NCBI RefSeq assembly: GCF_037042905.1
Contig: NC_087250.1
Span: forward strand, 24,678,001 to 24,742,000
DNA: 64,000 nt
Origin: Lytechinus pictus
Taxonomy: Eukaryota
Direction of reading: 5' to 3'
Numbering within the stretch: the stretch's first letter is position 1; every line of letters starts with the position of its first letter. Below the pieces are notes generated by a model. It had not been told where the DNA came from and searched no databases. It saw only the letters and a program-made list of their open reading frames with translations. Below, piece after piece: positions 52,137 to 64,000 of this stretch. The position numbers and the translations under genes were made by a program.

Positions 52137-53769
52137 TTAACACGCATGCCTACATCCCATCTTACGTTCCTCGACGCTCCTAGATAAAAAATCGCAGTGG
52201 GGCGCACCAAGTTCCAGGGAATATCATGGGCGTCCACTGGCGAGATGGGGGCGGCTTGGGGGGCCATGTGCCCCCAAATTTTTCACGACCAAGAAAAAAA
52301 GAGAACAAGAAAGAAAATGAAATGGAAAGGAAGAAATGGTATATTATTTTCTGAATAGTATGTCAATTTCTTAAAAAAAAATAGATTTCTGTATTAAAAA
52401 TGTCAAAAATTTTGCTCGCTTGCTTTGCTCGCTCGCATCCTTTTTAGAACTGTTGTTCTATCAGCCATTTTTGGCGCATTATGCCACTGTGATCGTCATA
52501 CCAGTAGGCCTATAAATAATCCCAGCTCGCATATTGCGCTATTTAGTAACATACGGAACATCATCATGTTTTTTTTTTTAATATTCCGTTTTCATAACCA
52601 ATGAAAAAAAGTTTCAGCTTAGCTCCCCCATAATTTAATTGGCGAGATACGTGTCCTTTTGATTAATTTCTGGAACGGATATCAAAATATTTTGAAATAT
52701 TTTAAAAGATGAAATGAAGGAGAATGAAATATAATACAAATAATACTACTACTACTTATAACAATAATGATAATATTAATTTTGATGAAAATAGTAATAA
52801 TAATAATAATAAAAATAATAATGACAATAACAATCATCTGGTTATCTATAATGCGCATAAGACATTGTATGTATCTAAGCGCTTACATATTTATCACCCC
52901 GGTCATCATTTTAATCAGCTATTCCCGCACACAACGTATGCACATCCTCCACTCCCTGGGGAAGTGGGGAGTATCCCAGCCTGTCACCGGCGATGAGGCG
53001 CACACAATGCAGGACATGCAGGACAAGCTACAGTAACTTTCACATCTTACAATTTAGCACCAGGGTTGATATGGTTGAGAATGGCAAAGTGTTGATTAAC
53101 GACTTGCCAAAGGATGCTACACTAAGGTGGGATTCGAAAACACGACCGTTTAAGTACAAGCCAAGAGTCAGAACTGCTACACCACACCACGACGGTTCCA
53201 CTTTAAACTTTAGTCTTTAGTTAGGACTAACCCTTAAACAAAATAATAAAACTCCGCTTTTAGCGGCTGATCGGCGAAAATAAGGATGAAAATTTTTTTC
53301 CACCCCCCCCCCCCCAACCCTAGTGGCGAAAGCTTGGTCCACTCCTTGAATATGTCTCAAGTTCACGATCTCAAAATGTCCCTTTTCTGGTAAATAAACT
53401 CAAAAATATTAAATTAGCGCATCGCGCTCTCATTTCTTTTACGAGATATCCCCCCCAAGATATATGCTTCATGTTTACAATTGAAAAAAAAACGTATAAA
53501 TGTCCCCTTTCCAAGTCAATAACAGCTCGCGCTTCGTGCTCGCATTATAAATTCAGTTAGATGCGTATTGGGTTTCATGAATTTGTAACTGTATTATTAC
53601 TGGTATATATATTATTGTCTTTTAGAAATAACAATATTTGTTTAGACGTAATGAGGGAGATACATATTCAGTTATTAAAATATATTTATATTGTCGCTAT
53701 TGCACAGAATAGAACAAAAATACAACCGAAGTGTAGTTTTATAGTAATAATAATAATAATGATAATAAA

Positions 53770-54058
53770 CAGTTATTGTATAGCGCATATCACATTATGA
53801 ATAATGTCTCTATGTGCTTCCAAAGGACTTGGATATTATTACCCCAGCTGTAGCTTGGCAACCGTAATTACTAAGATTACAGCGCACACGCATTTCAAGG
53901 AATCAATTCCTGCCAGGTACCCATTCACCTCACCTGGGTAGAGTGCAGCACAATGTGGATGAATTTCTTGCTGAAGGAAATTACGCCACGGCTGGGATTC
54001 GAACCCACGACCCTCTGTTTCAAAGTCAGAAGACTAATCCACTGGGCCACAACGCTCC
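53770..54058 (-). mobile_element. tRNA-derived SINE
   Basis: A box TGGCCCAGTGG and B box GGTTCGAATCC followed by a non-tRNA body and AT-rich tail; 5'-truncated sister copy at about 25560-25770 (+); more diverged SINE at about 52840-53190 (-). Confidence 0.8.
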
Positions 54059-54720
54059 ACAACGCTAGTAACTCACCAGTTTCGTAATGAGCCAACAAAA
54101 AGAAATGGAGGGGGCCAGACAAGGATGACATTTATTTTCCTTTCCTTTATTCTTTTTTTTTCATTGGTAGGGAGAATGGGGGGGGGGGGTCCGTGGCCCC
54201 TAGCACGCCCCTCCCCCATCTGTACGCCAGTGATGATCATACTTTCGTTTGAAACAAATTGAAAGAAAAATGGTGCAAGGGTAATTGGCCCAAGACGTAA
54301 ATAAAAATTATTGATAAAAATATTTATAATTATAATGCTGATAAATATACAATAAATCAAGCAGTCACCAATGAAAATAAACAACGTGAAAGAACAAAAC
54401 GAGAAAAAGAGAGAGAGAGCCCGCGCGAATGTATGGTGTATAAGTTGCTTGAAAATAGAAGAGATATTGTGTCCAGCACCCCCCCCCCCAAATTCTCTCC
54501 CCGCTCAAGACCGGAGTGAAACCAATGATAATGATATATGAACAAAAATCCAGATTCACAATTTCAATGAGGAGTGTGTCATTCCCCTTCTCCGTTACAA
54601 TTTGTCAAGTGGCAGCAGCAGGGAGCTGTGATGATAGGGGGAGAATGAGATGAATAAAACATTAACGAATAACAAGAACAAAACAACAACAAGCAATTTG
54701 TATCATTGGAGAAATAAGAT

Positions 54721-55061
54721 GTTCATGCAATTGTCGTATAATCGGCGCAATTTTCGGCGGAGAAAATATCGGCTGAGCAATTGTCGCGGAGCAATTGTCG
54801 TAAAATCGGAGCAATTTTCGGCGGAGCAAATATCGGCGGAGCAATTGTCGTATAATCGGAGCAGATATCGACAGAGCAAATATCGGCGGAGCAAATATCG
54901 GCGGAGCAAATATCGGCGGAGCAAGTGTCGACGGAGCAAATATCGGCGGAGCAAGTGTCGACGGAGCAACTTTCGGCGGAGCAACTGTCCGGAGCAATTG
55001 TCGGCGGAGCAGTTGTCGTATTTTGCGTAGCAATTGTCGGCGGAGCAATTGTCATGGAACC
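54721..55061 (+). repeat. 15-bp minisatellite (CGGCGGAGCAAATAT variants), possibly inside a small TIR element
   Basis: About 20 units; ends GTTCATGCAATTG / CAATTGTCATGGAAC are imperfectly inverted. Confidence 0.85.
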
Positions 55062-55889
55062 GGCGAAGATTCCTTAAATTAAAGTTCACAATGATGGCGA
55101 TGATGTAACTGATGTTGAAGCACGATGAATAACAAGAGTCACTGTGATGAGTTTGAAATGTCTGTGAAGACGATGTTGATGATGATTAACAGTCAATTTC
55201 AGCAATCCATTGGTTGAAGAGTGTTCATTAAACAGGTTGATGATCTCGATGAGAACTGAAAATTTCTCTCTCAAAATAACTGCAAACAGTTCATTGATAG
55301 CGTGCAAATAATTCCACAGAAGATAAATATTCCAGGTGGAAATAAAGTCTGCTCTGACCTAAATTCTGGCGTGAAACTCTTAGCTCTGATCTGATCTGAT
55401 ATGATCTGATGAGATCTAATGTGATATGATATGATATGATACTGCCAGCTTATATACAAATTATTCACTATTCTAGAAACTCCTACTATTCACTATTCTG
55501 GAATTTTCTAGTATTGTCTACAAAAATAAAATTCTTCCCATTTCTAGAGCAGTCTACATTAACACTCTTTAACACGTTGAATGACCTCATTGAAATCAAC
55601 AGTGTCAACAAAATAGCTTTTAGCCTATTGTTCATTTCCACTACCAACACAAGTCTATTGTAAAGCAATCTCTATTCAGAAATTAAAAAAATCCTTGGCC
55701 TTCATGCAGGCGAGAGACCTGAATAACACAGGCTTTTACAAAAACATCATGGAATGTTCTTTATCATTCCATGCCATGAATATCCTTAAAGAGAAGATAA
55801 CTAAATAAATGAATGTAATTACTTTTACAATTTTTCTTATATATAACAATGTATGATATCATAATCCTTGTTTACATAAATTTTATGTA

Positions 55890-58800
55890 TATTTTTCCTT
55901 AAGTTTGGACATTCTAGGCAATGTGTGTTATTCTGAAAAAGACGTGTATGCAACTATACTACGAACGCAAACAGAATTGTTTGATAGACGTTTTGAACTG
56001 ATCGAAAAGGTAGGCTACCTACTGCTTGCAATTAGCCATTAAGAAATTACATAGGTCAACAATCAAATAATGCGAGCGCCATGCGCGAGCTGAAAATTTT
56101 TGACACTTTAACCTAAAGATTGGAGATTCTATGCACTTTTTGGAAATAATGAAACGGATGAGTAATTGGTATATAACTTAACAATTGATGCGAGCGCGAA
56201 GCGCGAGCCCAAAATTCCGAGATTTAGACCTAACAACGACACACTCTATTCATTTCTTGAAAAAGGATGAGTAATTTAGGATCTTCCTTACATCAATAAT
56301 GCGAGCGCAAAGCGCGAGCAGAAAAATTTATATACGTTTTGAACTATTTGAAAAGGCAGGCCATACATGTCTGGACTGCTTGCACTTAGGCAGGAAGACA
56401 TTAAATATATCAATAATCAAGTAATGCGAGCGCAAAGCGCAAGCTGAAAATTTTTGGTATTCCGATCTCAAACTTGAGAGTCAATTTCAGCTCTATATTG
56501 CAAGCAATTTGTAGAAAAATTGTGAGGTGGATATCTGGATCACACTTAATGATGAGCTGATATTTTTCATTATTATTACTTTGATTTTTGACATAGGACC
56601 GGGACATCCTTAGGACATGCCATCATATGATAATGATTACTATCTTCCTTTTCCTCTTGCTCAGCGCGAGATGAAACAACATGCACAATCTAATTATTAA
56701 ATTGATATCTTATTTGTTAATGCATAATCGAGGGCGCGGAATAAATGCGAGTGCAAATCGCGAGCCGAAATTTTTGATATACTGTCATGAAGAAAGGATT
56801 TTAAGTAGTTTGTTGTGTAATCAATATTGACACATACATAACTCGCCAATCAAAATGCGAGCGTGCAGAGCTAGCTGATACGTTTTGATAATCAGACCTG
56901 AAAAGGGATATTTTGAAAACTTTATGGAATACACAAAAATAATAAGTACCTGATAAATCAAATTTTCAAGCGCGCAGCGCGAACAGACAACTTTAATATT
57001 CAGACCATAAAACTGACATTTTTACAGAGCACTTTATTAAAATCAATTAGTAAATCACACAAAATAATGAAAATTTATTTTCCGAGGTGAACTAATTATG
57101 TTTTGTATATATTGACTTTCAAACTTGATATTTAAGCTCCATATTGAACAAGTTATGTAAATCTCCTAACAGTGTGAGTGCGAAGCGCGAGCAAAAATCT
57201 TATATAGTGACACAGGGGTGGATCCAGCCTTCGTTAATAGGGGGGGGGGAGGCGGATTTTTTTTCAGCCACATTTATCGCCAATTGGTCGCTCGAAGTTG
57301 ATTTTTGTTTATTGCTTTAAAAGGGTCACTTCTAAGCTTTGTTCTTGTGATTCAACATAAATATATAAAAATATCATAAGCCTTATCTAAATAGTGCGAG
57401 CGCGAAGCGCGAGCTATTATTATTTTTTGGTATATCCTGTATTTTGTCCTAAAATTTAAACATTCTGGGCAATGTTTGTGATCCTAAACGAGATGTGTAT
57501 CCAACTATTACAGCTATCGCAAAGCGCGAGCAGAATTTTTATATACACGTTTTTACCTGATCAAAAATGGATCTATTAACGATTGCTTGCAGTTAGCCCT
57601 GAAGACGTTACATATATTAACAATCAAATAAATAATGAAAATTTGGTAACTTCTACCTGAAGAATGGAAATTCTAAGCACTTTTTGTAATCATGAAAAGG
57701 ATAAGTATGTAACTAAACAATATTGATGCGAGCGCGAGCGGAAAAATTCGAGATTCTATTCATGATTTGTAAATCGTGAAAAGGATGAATAATTGGAAAT
57801 CTTCCTACATTAATATTGCGAGCGCAAAGTACGAGGAGAATTTTTTTAATATTGTGATATGAAACTGGATAATGATTTAAGTAGGGAACAAGCTGCATAT
57901 CTGAATAAACATGCGCGCATGTCTCAGATTTCGACATAGAATCTAAGTGGGCATTCTAAATGCCTTTTTTTTTTACTATGAAAATCAATAAAGTGAGCGA
58001 GAAGCGTAAGCTTAAAATGTTTGATATTCCGATCTGAGAAGGGTCAATTTAAGCTCTGTATTTCAAGCACTTTGTAGGAAAATTTTTTGGTGAATATGGA
58101 TCACATTAACAAAAAAAGACCTTATGGCCCGAATCCACAAAGGTGGTTTTGAAAACCCACTGTTGAGTCCATGGTTTATGCAGATTTCCTGTATAAATTA
58201 CGTTCAGTTAGAGCGTATCTGGGGCGTGTATAAAAAATGTCCAATTCTGATGCGCGCTTTTGTCACAGTGCGCCATATTGACGCCTGTTACCATGGTTAG
58301 ATACGCTATTTTATTCACGATTCCACTCTCTGAAGAGTGGACTCATGAATAAAATAGCATGGATAACCATGGCAACAGGCGTCAATATGGCGCACTGTGA
58401 CAAAAGCGCGCATCAGAATTGGACAATTTTTAATACACGCGCCAAATACGCGCTAAATTAAGCGTAATTTATACAGGAAATATGCATAAACCATGGACTC
58501 AACAGTGGGTTTTCAAAACCACCTTTGTGAATTCGGGCCTATATGTTTCATTATTATTACATTGAGTCTTGACATAGGACCAGGGGGCCGTTTCATAAAG
58601 CTGTTCGCAAGTTAAGAGCGACTTAGAGAACGACTGGTGATCCTTTCTTACGCGCTAAACCATCGCCAATGAATATATCATTTTCCATAAGAAAGGATCA
58701 CCAGTCGTTCTTATCTTACGAACAGCTTTATGAAACACCCACCTGGACATTCTAAGAACATCATGTCATCAAATGAAAATGATGATTATGTCTTCCCATT

Positions 58801-59408
58801 TCTCTTCCTAAGCGCAAGATGAAACTTGTCGATAGTCCATTCTGAAAAAAAAATGATAATTTGATTATTAAATTAATATCTTATTTATTAAACTAATATA
58901 CGTAATATGAGAATACGAAATCTGTAAATATTATGGCCTGAAAACTGGACATTTAAAGCAGTTTAGATGCATGAGTTAATATACATGTATTTTCAACAAT
59001 CAATGCGAGCGCAAATTGCGAGCCGAAATTTTAATATTCAGATCATAAAACATAATTTTTACAGAACACATTTTAAAAATCAATTTGTAAATCAAGCAAA
59101 ATAATGAAAGTCCGATTTCCGAGCTGAAATATTTTTTTTATTTATGTTGATTTCAAAATACATTTTGAGCTCCATATTATTCAAGATATGTAAATCATCT
59201 AACAGGCAATGCGAGCGCAATTTTCTTTTATAGTGATATGAAAATTTTTATTTTATTCACTCCTCTTCCTCTTCTTATGTTTCCCCTTCATTTCCCCCCT
59301 CTCTTTTCCCTTCTTTTTTATCTTTTCCCTTATTTTTTGTTCTTTCTTCCCCTTTTTTTTGCCCCGCCAATAGGGGGGGGGGGCGAGCCCCCGCCCCTGG
59401 ATCCGCCT
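55890..59408 (+). repeat. Degenerate compound repeat with periodic GCGAGCGCGAAGCGCGAGC motif; about 1.3-kb tandem duplication
   Basis: 55890-57200 aligns by eye with 57440-59230; 57213-59408 is bounded by AGGGGTGGATCCAG / CTGGATCCGCCT. Confidence 0.7.
58126..58539. mobile_element. 414-bp palindromic MITE
   Basis: Nearly whole-length inverted repeat centred at TCCACTCTCTGAAGAGTGGA (about 58330); TAT on both flanks. Confidence 0.85.
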
Positions 59409-59465
59409 ATGCTTATGGTACTTTTTGTTTTGGCGTCTCTAAATATCCATAAATAATAATAATAA

Positions 59466-59496
59466 CTAGATTTTAATTCGTCATGCGGACGAATTA
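59466..59496 (-). mobile_element. Possible Helitron-type 3' terminus
   Basis: 9-bp hairpin TAATTCGTC-ATGCG-GACGAATTA (59474-59496) followed on the - strand by CTAG|T. Confidence 0.45.
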
Positions 59497-60947
59497 GGTT
59501 GTCTGTCATGATTTTTCATTCAGTGTCGGCTAATATGTATGGAATGAATCTTCTAGATATGATTGATAATCTTCATCATAGACATCATAGGAATAAATTT
59601 TGACCATTGCTAAATGTGATTATTAATGTGGTGATGACAATCGCGGATGATTATAATGATGGTGGTGATAATGCGAAACGGAAAATACGAAATGAACTAA
59701 TGAGCACATAAAACGCCTTAAAATCTCCTCAAAATCTTCATACGATTTTACCAAAATTGGTTTTCCAAAATAACGCAATGAAAGGCGCCCTAATTTTCAC
59801 AGCAGCTAATTTTAATCGACAGTACTTTAATGTTTTTATGCAAAATCTTTTTTTTTATTCTTTGTACTGTCAGCAATTTTGTTTAATGATTTCAATCAAG
59901 AATTTTTACAACATCATTGGGAATGAATTTTCACAGAATACTTGAAAATTTATAGGTGATACTTTCTGAAAAATAAAATATCTTTAGTATTTTCATTCAA
60001 AATTTCTGCTAATTTCAATAATTTTTAATGAGAAGTTTCAGAATGCTACAATTTCACAGCATTCACTTCAATACTCATCAGTGATGTATTTGATAAAAGA
60101 ATTAAGTATAATTTTTTTGGGGTAAATGTTTGCAAAATCTCTGCAAATTTCTAAACACTTCACATAATATTTTCCGTCAAGAATTTTTAATATCCATATA
60201 TTAATTGTGTAAGACTTCGATATTTACTTGAAAATTCTTTCTTGAAGGTTTTTGCTGAAAAACGTCAGGTAAAAGATTCAAATACTGGCAATTTTCCTAC
60301 AAAAATTCGGGAAAATGTGTAATTAATACCTCTTAACGCGCGAAGCGAGTTAATGAGAGGTTATCTCAGGTCAGACTAGCTGGACAACAACATAGCCCGC
60401 CAGCGGTACGTAACAGGTGTTTTACAAGGAAGGAGCCTGGTCAGGCGAATTCCTTTGCCCTGGCGGAGATATGTTGCGATGCCAAATATGGTATTTTGTC
60501 GGACTTCACGAGGAGGCGTGGCCAAAAAATGTTGCGTTGCGAATTTTGGTATTTTCGGACATTACAAGGAGGCGTGGCTAAAAATGCTACGTCGCGTTAG
60601 CTGACGTGGTAATTTCGGGAGGGGGCAAAAGCCAATTTCTAACAAGTTAGCATTCTTCTTCGTGGAGTCGATTTGAAAGCATCTTCCATCTCAATTCACC
60701 TGTCTTGTGCAACATACTTCCTGTATTTTTGTTATATTTCGTTGAACTCTTTAGTTGTGATCCTTCTAATTGTCTTTCTTACCCATTCATATATCTTAAA
60801 GAACGCTTCGCAGTTGAGAATTTATTCTTTTATCTAGGAACATACCTGTATATTTGTGTTATATCCGTTTGTTGGACTTTTGAGCTGTTAGGAGTCACAG
60901 TTTGCTCTAAGGACTTTTCAATTTCGCCACCCCTGCATTATTCAATC

Positions 60948-62057
60948 ATGCCCAAGGTTAAGCCAGGCAAAAAGTTAAGTCAGAGGAAGTCTACTCGTCG
61001 TTCGGTCCGAGATGCCGCCAGCCAGCCTTCTCCTGTCGACCTCGAGACAGACGTCGGCCAAGTTTTTACTTCTACGCAGAGCCCAGCTGCTGGAAGTTCG
61101 GCGTCGACAACCAACGGTGAGTTCGGGACAATGGGGGGCTCCTGGCCTCTTGTGACTTCTCCACAAGATCCGGTCATTCCCCAAATTCAATCCCAAGCTT
61201 CTCCTTCTATCCCTCCTGCCCATGTAGTTGAGGGGCTTAATAGTCATGATAATTTTACACCAGCCCCCAACCCTCCTTTTCCTACGCTGTCTGCGCAGCC
61301 AGATATGCTTAGCTGTGTGTGTGATGATTTGGGCGGGGAGGTGCCTTCCAGTGTTAAGGAGAAGATTTGGAAAGGTGAATTTGTAGAGTTAGGTGGATTA
61401 CTAAAAAGGGAAAGCTTAAGTGAGGAAAGTTCCCAGTTGCAGGCCTTCAGCCTTTGTGCCACCGGGTCCGCTTTAATGCTTCGCCCCCAAAGCAAGGCTC
61501 CGGTGATCGCCAGCATAGAACAGTGGACATCTGCGTTCATTATTTACGCGTCTATATACTTGGAGCGACACTGTATGCGTGCGCGCGAGCTCCTCAAGTA
61601 TATGGATATCGTTCGCTCTATTGTGCGTTTTGGGGGTTTCAATTGTCGGGCCTATGACATTCAATTTCGGTTACGTCAGGCCTGTCATCCACATCGTTCC
61701 TGGGCTGTCATAGACACCGAGCTATGGCTGACAGTAGCTTCGACGCCCGGTCGAGCAGCGTTTTCGTCTTTTGGGGGTAACCAGCCCTTTCGGCCATACG
61801 ACCGGTCGTTTCGGCGGGGTAGTTTCCCATCCTCAGGATATGCCAACAGACAAGGGGCAATTCGGGCCCCTGGCGCCGCGCCTGCCCCCTTCCGCTCCTC
61901 ACCAGTCTGTTTCGCCTTTAACGCTGGGTCATGCCAACGCACCGCCTGTCGTTATGCTCACCGGTGCGGAAAATGCTCCTCAGCAGCGCATGGCTCACAC
62001 GCCTGCAACTCTGCCGCTGCAATCGCCAAACAGAAGCCTAGCTCCAACTCCAATTAA
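60948..62057 (+). CDS. Ngaro-like Gag (ORF1), 369 aa from ATG 60948
   Basis: KEKIWKGEFVEL, IEQWTSAFIIYASIY, YDIQFR motifs and C-terminal Cys/His cluster CFAFNAGSCQRTACRYAHRCGKCSSAAHGSHAC. Confidence 0.85.
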   Translation: MPKVKPGKKLSQRKSTRRSVRDAASQPSPVDLETDVGQVFTSTQSPAAGSSASTTNGEFGTMGGSWPLVTSPQDPVIPQIQSQASPSIPPAHVVEGLNSHDNFTPAPNPPFPTLSAQPDMLSCVCDDLGGEVPSSVKEKIWKGEFVELGGLLKRESLSEESSQLQAFSLCATGSALMLRPQSKAPVIASIEQWTSAFIIYASIYLERHCMRARELLKYMDIVRSIVRFGGFNCRAYDIQFRLRQACHPHRSWAVIDTELWLTVASTPGRAAFSSFGGNQPFRPYDRSFRRGSFPSSGYANRQGAIRAPGAAPAPFRSSPVCFAFNAGSCQRTACRYAHRCGKCSSAAHGSHACNSAAAIAKQKPSSNSN

Positions 62058-63621
62058 ACTTGGCAGCATGCTCCCATTTCTTAGACGGCACCATAATCAA
62101 CATAATGCAGCTTTTCTGATTTCTGGTTTTAGGTTGGGTTTTTCATTGGGTTTCACAGGCGAGCGTCGCTCTGTGTTCTCGCGTAATTTGAAATCTGCTA
62201 GGGAGCATAGGGACATGCTGTTGGAGAAAGTTGGTAAGGAAGTTAGTTTAGGGAGAATGTCGGGTCCTTTCCAAGACCCGCCTTTCGATAACTTTCGCTG
62301 CTCCCCGGTAGGGCTCGTCCCCAAGCGAAATCCGGGAGAATTCCGTCTAATTCAGCATCTATCTTCTCCTCGGGGGGCTTCGGTTAATGACCACATTGAT
62401 TCCGATTTGTGTTCCGTGAATTACACTTCATTTGACAAGGCGGTTGATCTCGTTGCTCGCTTGGGAGCTAGTGCTCTCATGGGAAAAACCGATATAAAAT
62501 CCGCTTTTCGCTTACTACCAGTGAATCCCTCCGATTTTGACCTTCTGGGGTTTTGCATTGATGGCGCGTATTACTTTGATAAATGCTTGCCAATGGGCTG
62601 CTCAATTTCATGTGCCCATTTTGAGCGTTTTAGCACTTTTCTTGAGTCATGTTGCCGTGAAATTGCGAATTCAGAGCAAATTTTGCATTATTTGGATGAT
62701 TTCTTTTTTGTTGGCGCAACACGGCAGGAATGTCGTTCCTTGATGTATCATTTTAAGGCGATGTGCGAGGTTTTTGGCGTCCCGATAGCGGAGGAGAAGA
62801 CTGAGGGGCCCGTTCCCACTATCATATTTGTAGGGCTTGAAATCGACGCGGCTGAGCAGAGAGTTCGGGTACCCAAGGAGAAAGTAAACGTGTTACAGGC
62901 AATGCTCATTGATTTTGTTAAGAAAGATAAGCTCTCGTTGCGGCAGTTGCAGTCGCTAATTGGCAGCCTTAATTTCGTGTGTAAAGCCGTGGCTCCCGGA
63001 AGAGCCTTCCTAAGGAGACTTATCGATCTTACTAAAGGGGTCCGCACCTCAAACCACCGGATAAGGCTTTCACGCGGCGCAAAAGAGGACATGCAGGCCT
63101 GGCTTACGTTTCTGTCCGATTTCAATGGCACAGTTATGTTTTCACACTCAACATGGGTAACTAATGCTCATTTTCAGTTCTTTACTGACGCTGCGGGTAG
63201 CATTGGCTTTGGTATATCCTTCCAGGATAAGTGGGCTCAAGGGAAATGGCCAGCTGAAATACTGGAGAAGAATTATTCCATCGCTTTTCTAGAGCTTTTC
63301 CCAATAGTAGTCGGTATACGTATGTGGGGGGCTCTTCTAGCTAATTCTAAGGTCTTATTTTGGTCAGATAATCAAACAGTTGTTCATGTTGTTAATTCCT
63401 TAACTTCGAAATGTCCTAGTGTAATGAAACTGGTTCGTTTGCTTGTAGTTCTTTGTTTGGAACATAATATTATGTTCAAAGCACGTTACGTGCCAGGCTC
63501 TCGCAATGAAAAGGCTGATGCCCTCTCTCGTTTTCAGATGGACAGGTTTCGCAGGTTAGCACCAGGCGCAGATCTGGCTGGCAGCAAGCTTCCCGCCCAT
63601 CTTTGGAGCAGCTTCATATAG
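61771..63621 (+). CDS. Reverse transcriptase + RNase H (ORF2)
   Basis: SPVGLVPK, FRLIQHLS, KTDIKSAFR, LPMG, HYLDDF (RT); FTDA, LEL, SDN, NEKADALSR (RNase H); uninterrupted 616 codons. True start uncertain. Confidence 0.93.
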   Translation: MGVTSPFGHTTGRFGGVVSHPQDMPTDKGQFGPLAPRLPPSAPHQSVSPLTLGHANAPPVVMLTGAENAPQQRMAHTPATLPLQSPNRSLAPTPIKLGSMLPFLRRHHNQHNAAFLISGFRLGFSLGFTGERRSVFSRNLKSAREHRDMLLEKVGKEVSLGRMSGPFQDPPFDNFRCSPVGLVPKRNPGEFRLIQHLSSPRGASVNDHIDSDLCSVNYTSFDKAVDLVARLGASALMGKTDIKSAFRLLPVNPSDFDLLGFCIDGAYYFDKCLPMGCSISCAHFERFSTFLESCCREIANSEQILHYLDDFFFVGATRQECRSLMYHFKAMCEVFGVPIAEEKTEGPVPTIIFVGLEIDAAEQRVRVPKEKVNVLQAMLIDFVKKDKLSLRQLQSLIGSLNFVCKAVAPGRAFLRRLIDLTKGVRTSNHRIRLSRGAKEDMQAWLTFLSDFNGTVMFSHSTWVTNAHFQFFTDAAGSIGFGISFQDKWAQGKWPAEILEKNYSIAFLELFPIVVGIRMWGALLANSKVLFWSDNQTVVHVVNSLTSKCPSVMKLVRLLVVLCLEHNIMFKARYVPGSRNEKADALSRFQMDRFRRLAPGADLAGSKLPAHLWSSFI

Positions 63622-64000
63622 AGAGAGAGCATCTGTTGTTTTCTTCGCGGGCGCCCGGCACTCATCATACTTATAGGAACGCTTGGTCTGTGTTTAAGCA
63701 GTTTCGGCTGCAATATCATTATGATATAAGTATACGTCCTGACGTTGAGCAGGTCGCTCAATTTATTGCTTATCTCTCCTGGAATGGGTATGCGGGGGCA
63801 ACAATAAGTACATATATATCAGGCCTGGCTTTTACGATGCAAACATTGGGTTGGCCTGATGTGACTGACGCGTTTGTAATCCGGCGGCTGGTAGACGGGT
63901 GCAGGCGGAAAAATGCTCGCCGTGATACCCGGTGTCCCATAACCCTGCCTATTCTCAAATCCATCCTAAATTCATTGACTCACGTATGCGTTAATACGTA
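63519..64000 (+). CDS. Tyrosine recombinase (ORF3), N-terminal part
   Basis: My translation: frame open from 63519 (after TGA 63516-63518) to window end, ...SRAPGTHHTYRNAWSVFKQF...FIAYLS...ATISTYISGL...RRLVDGCRR...DTRCPIT..., typical of a DIRS/Ngaro YR N-terminus. Catalytic residues lie outside the window. Confidence 0.82.

Larger units (their letters stand above)
60330..64000 (+). mobile_element. DIRS-order (Ngaro-like) tyrosine-recombinase retrotransposon, cut by window end
   Basis: Three overlapping ORFs gag, RT/RNase H, YR; shift to higher GC near 60330. 5' boundary is approximate. Confidence 0.9.

Noticed and set aside
53985..54058. tRNA gene
   Set aside because: A and B boxes are present but there is no proper acceptor stem, and it continues into a SINE body also found at about 25560.
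54650..55089. Protamine-like (RRSKY)n ORF and antisense repeat ORFs
   Set aside because: Translations of a 15-bp minisatellite that is open in several frames on both strands; no gene structure.
60705..60947. Hydrophobic N-terminal extension of gag in the ORF track
   Set aside because: Begins at a non-ATG codon in a T-rich leader; ATG 60948 is the more plausible start.

Overview
AT-rich, intron- and repeat-rich eukaryotic (animal) DNA; the repeat repertoire suggests a sea urchin or other echinoderm (inference). One host gene can be reconstructed: SCNM1 (+ strand, 7 coding exons, 11665-25190, 482 aa, with a greatly enlarged middle exon). Two coding retroelements are present. One is a 5'-truncated Neptune-type Penelope-like element (RT + GIY-YIG, - strand, 7978-11365) with a 15-bp target duplication and a variant minimal hammerhead ribozyme. 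The other is an apparently intact DIRS/Ngaro tyrosine-recombinase retrotransposon (gag, RT/RNase H, YR) that runs off the right end. Most of the rest is non-autonomous TEs, many nested. The most striking structure is a set of four unrelated large foldback elements (1296-3710, 33967-37925, 38384-43854, 39407-40915), each with arms built from its own short palindromic motif; one is a 3.96-kb near-perfect palindrome. All calls were made by eye with no database searches, so TE superfamily assignments rest on termini and target-site signatures only.
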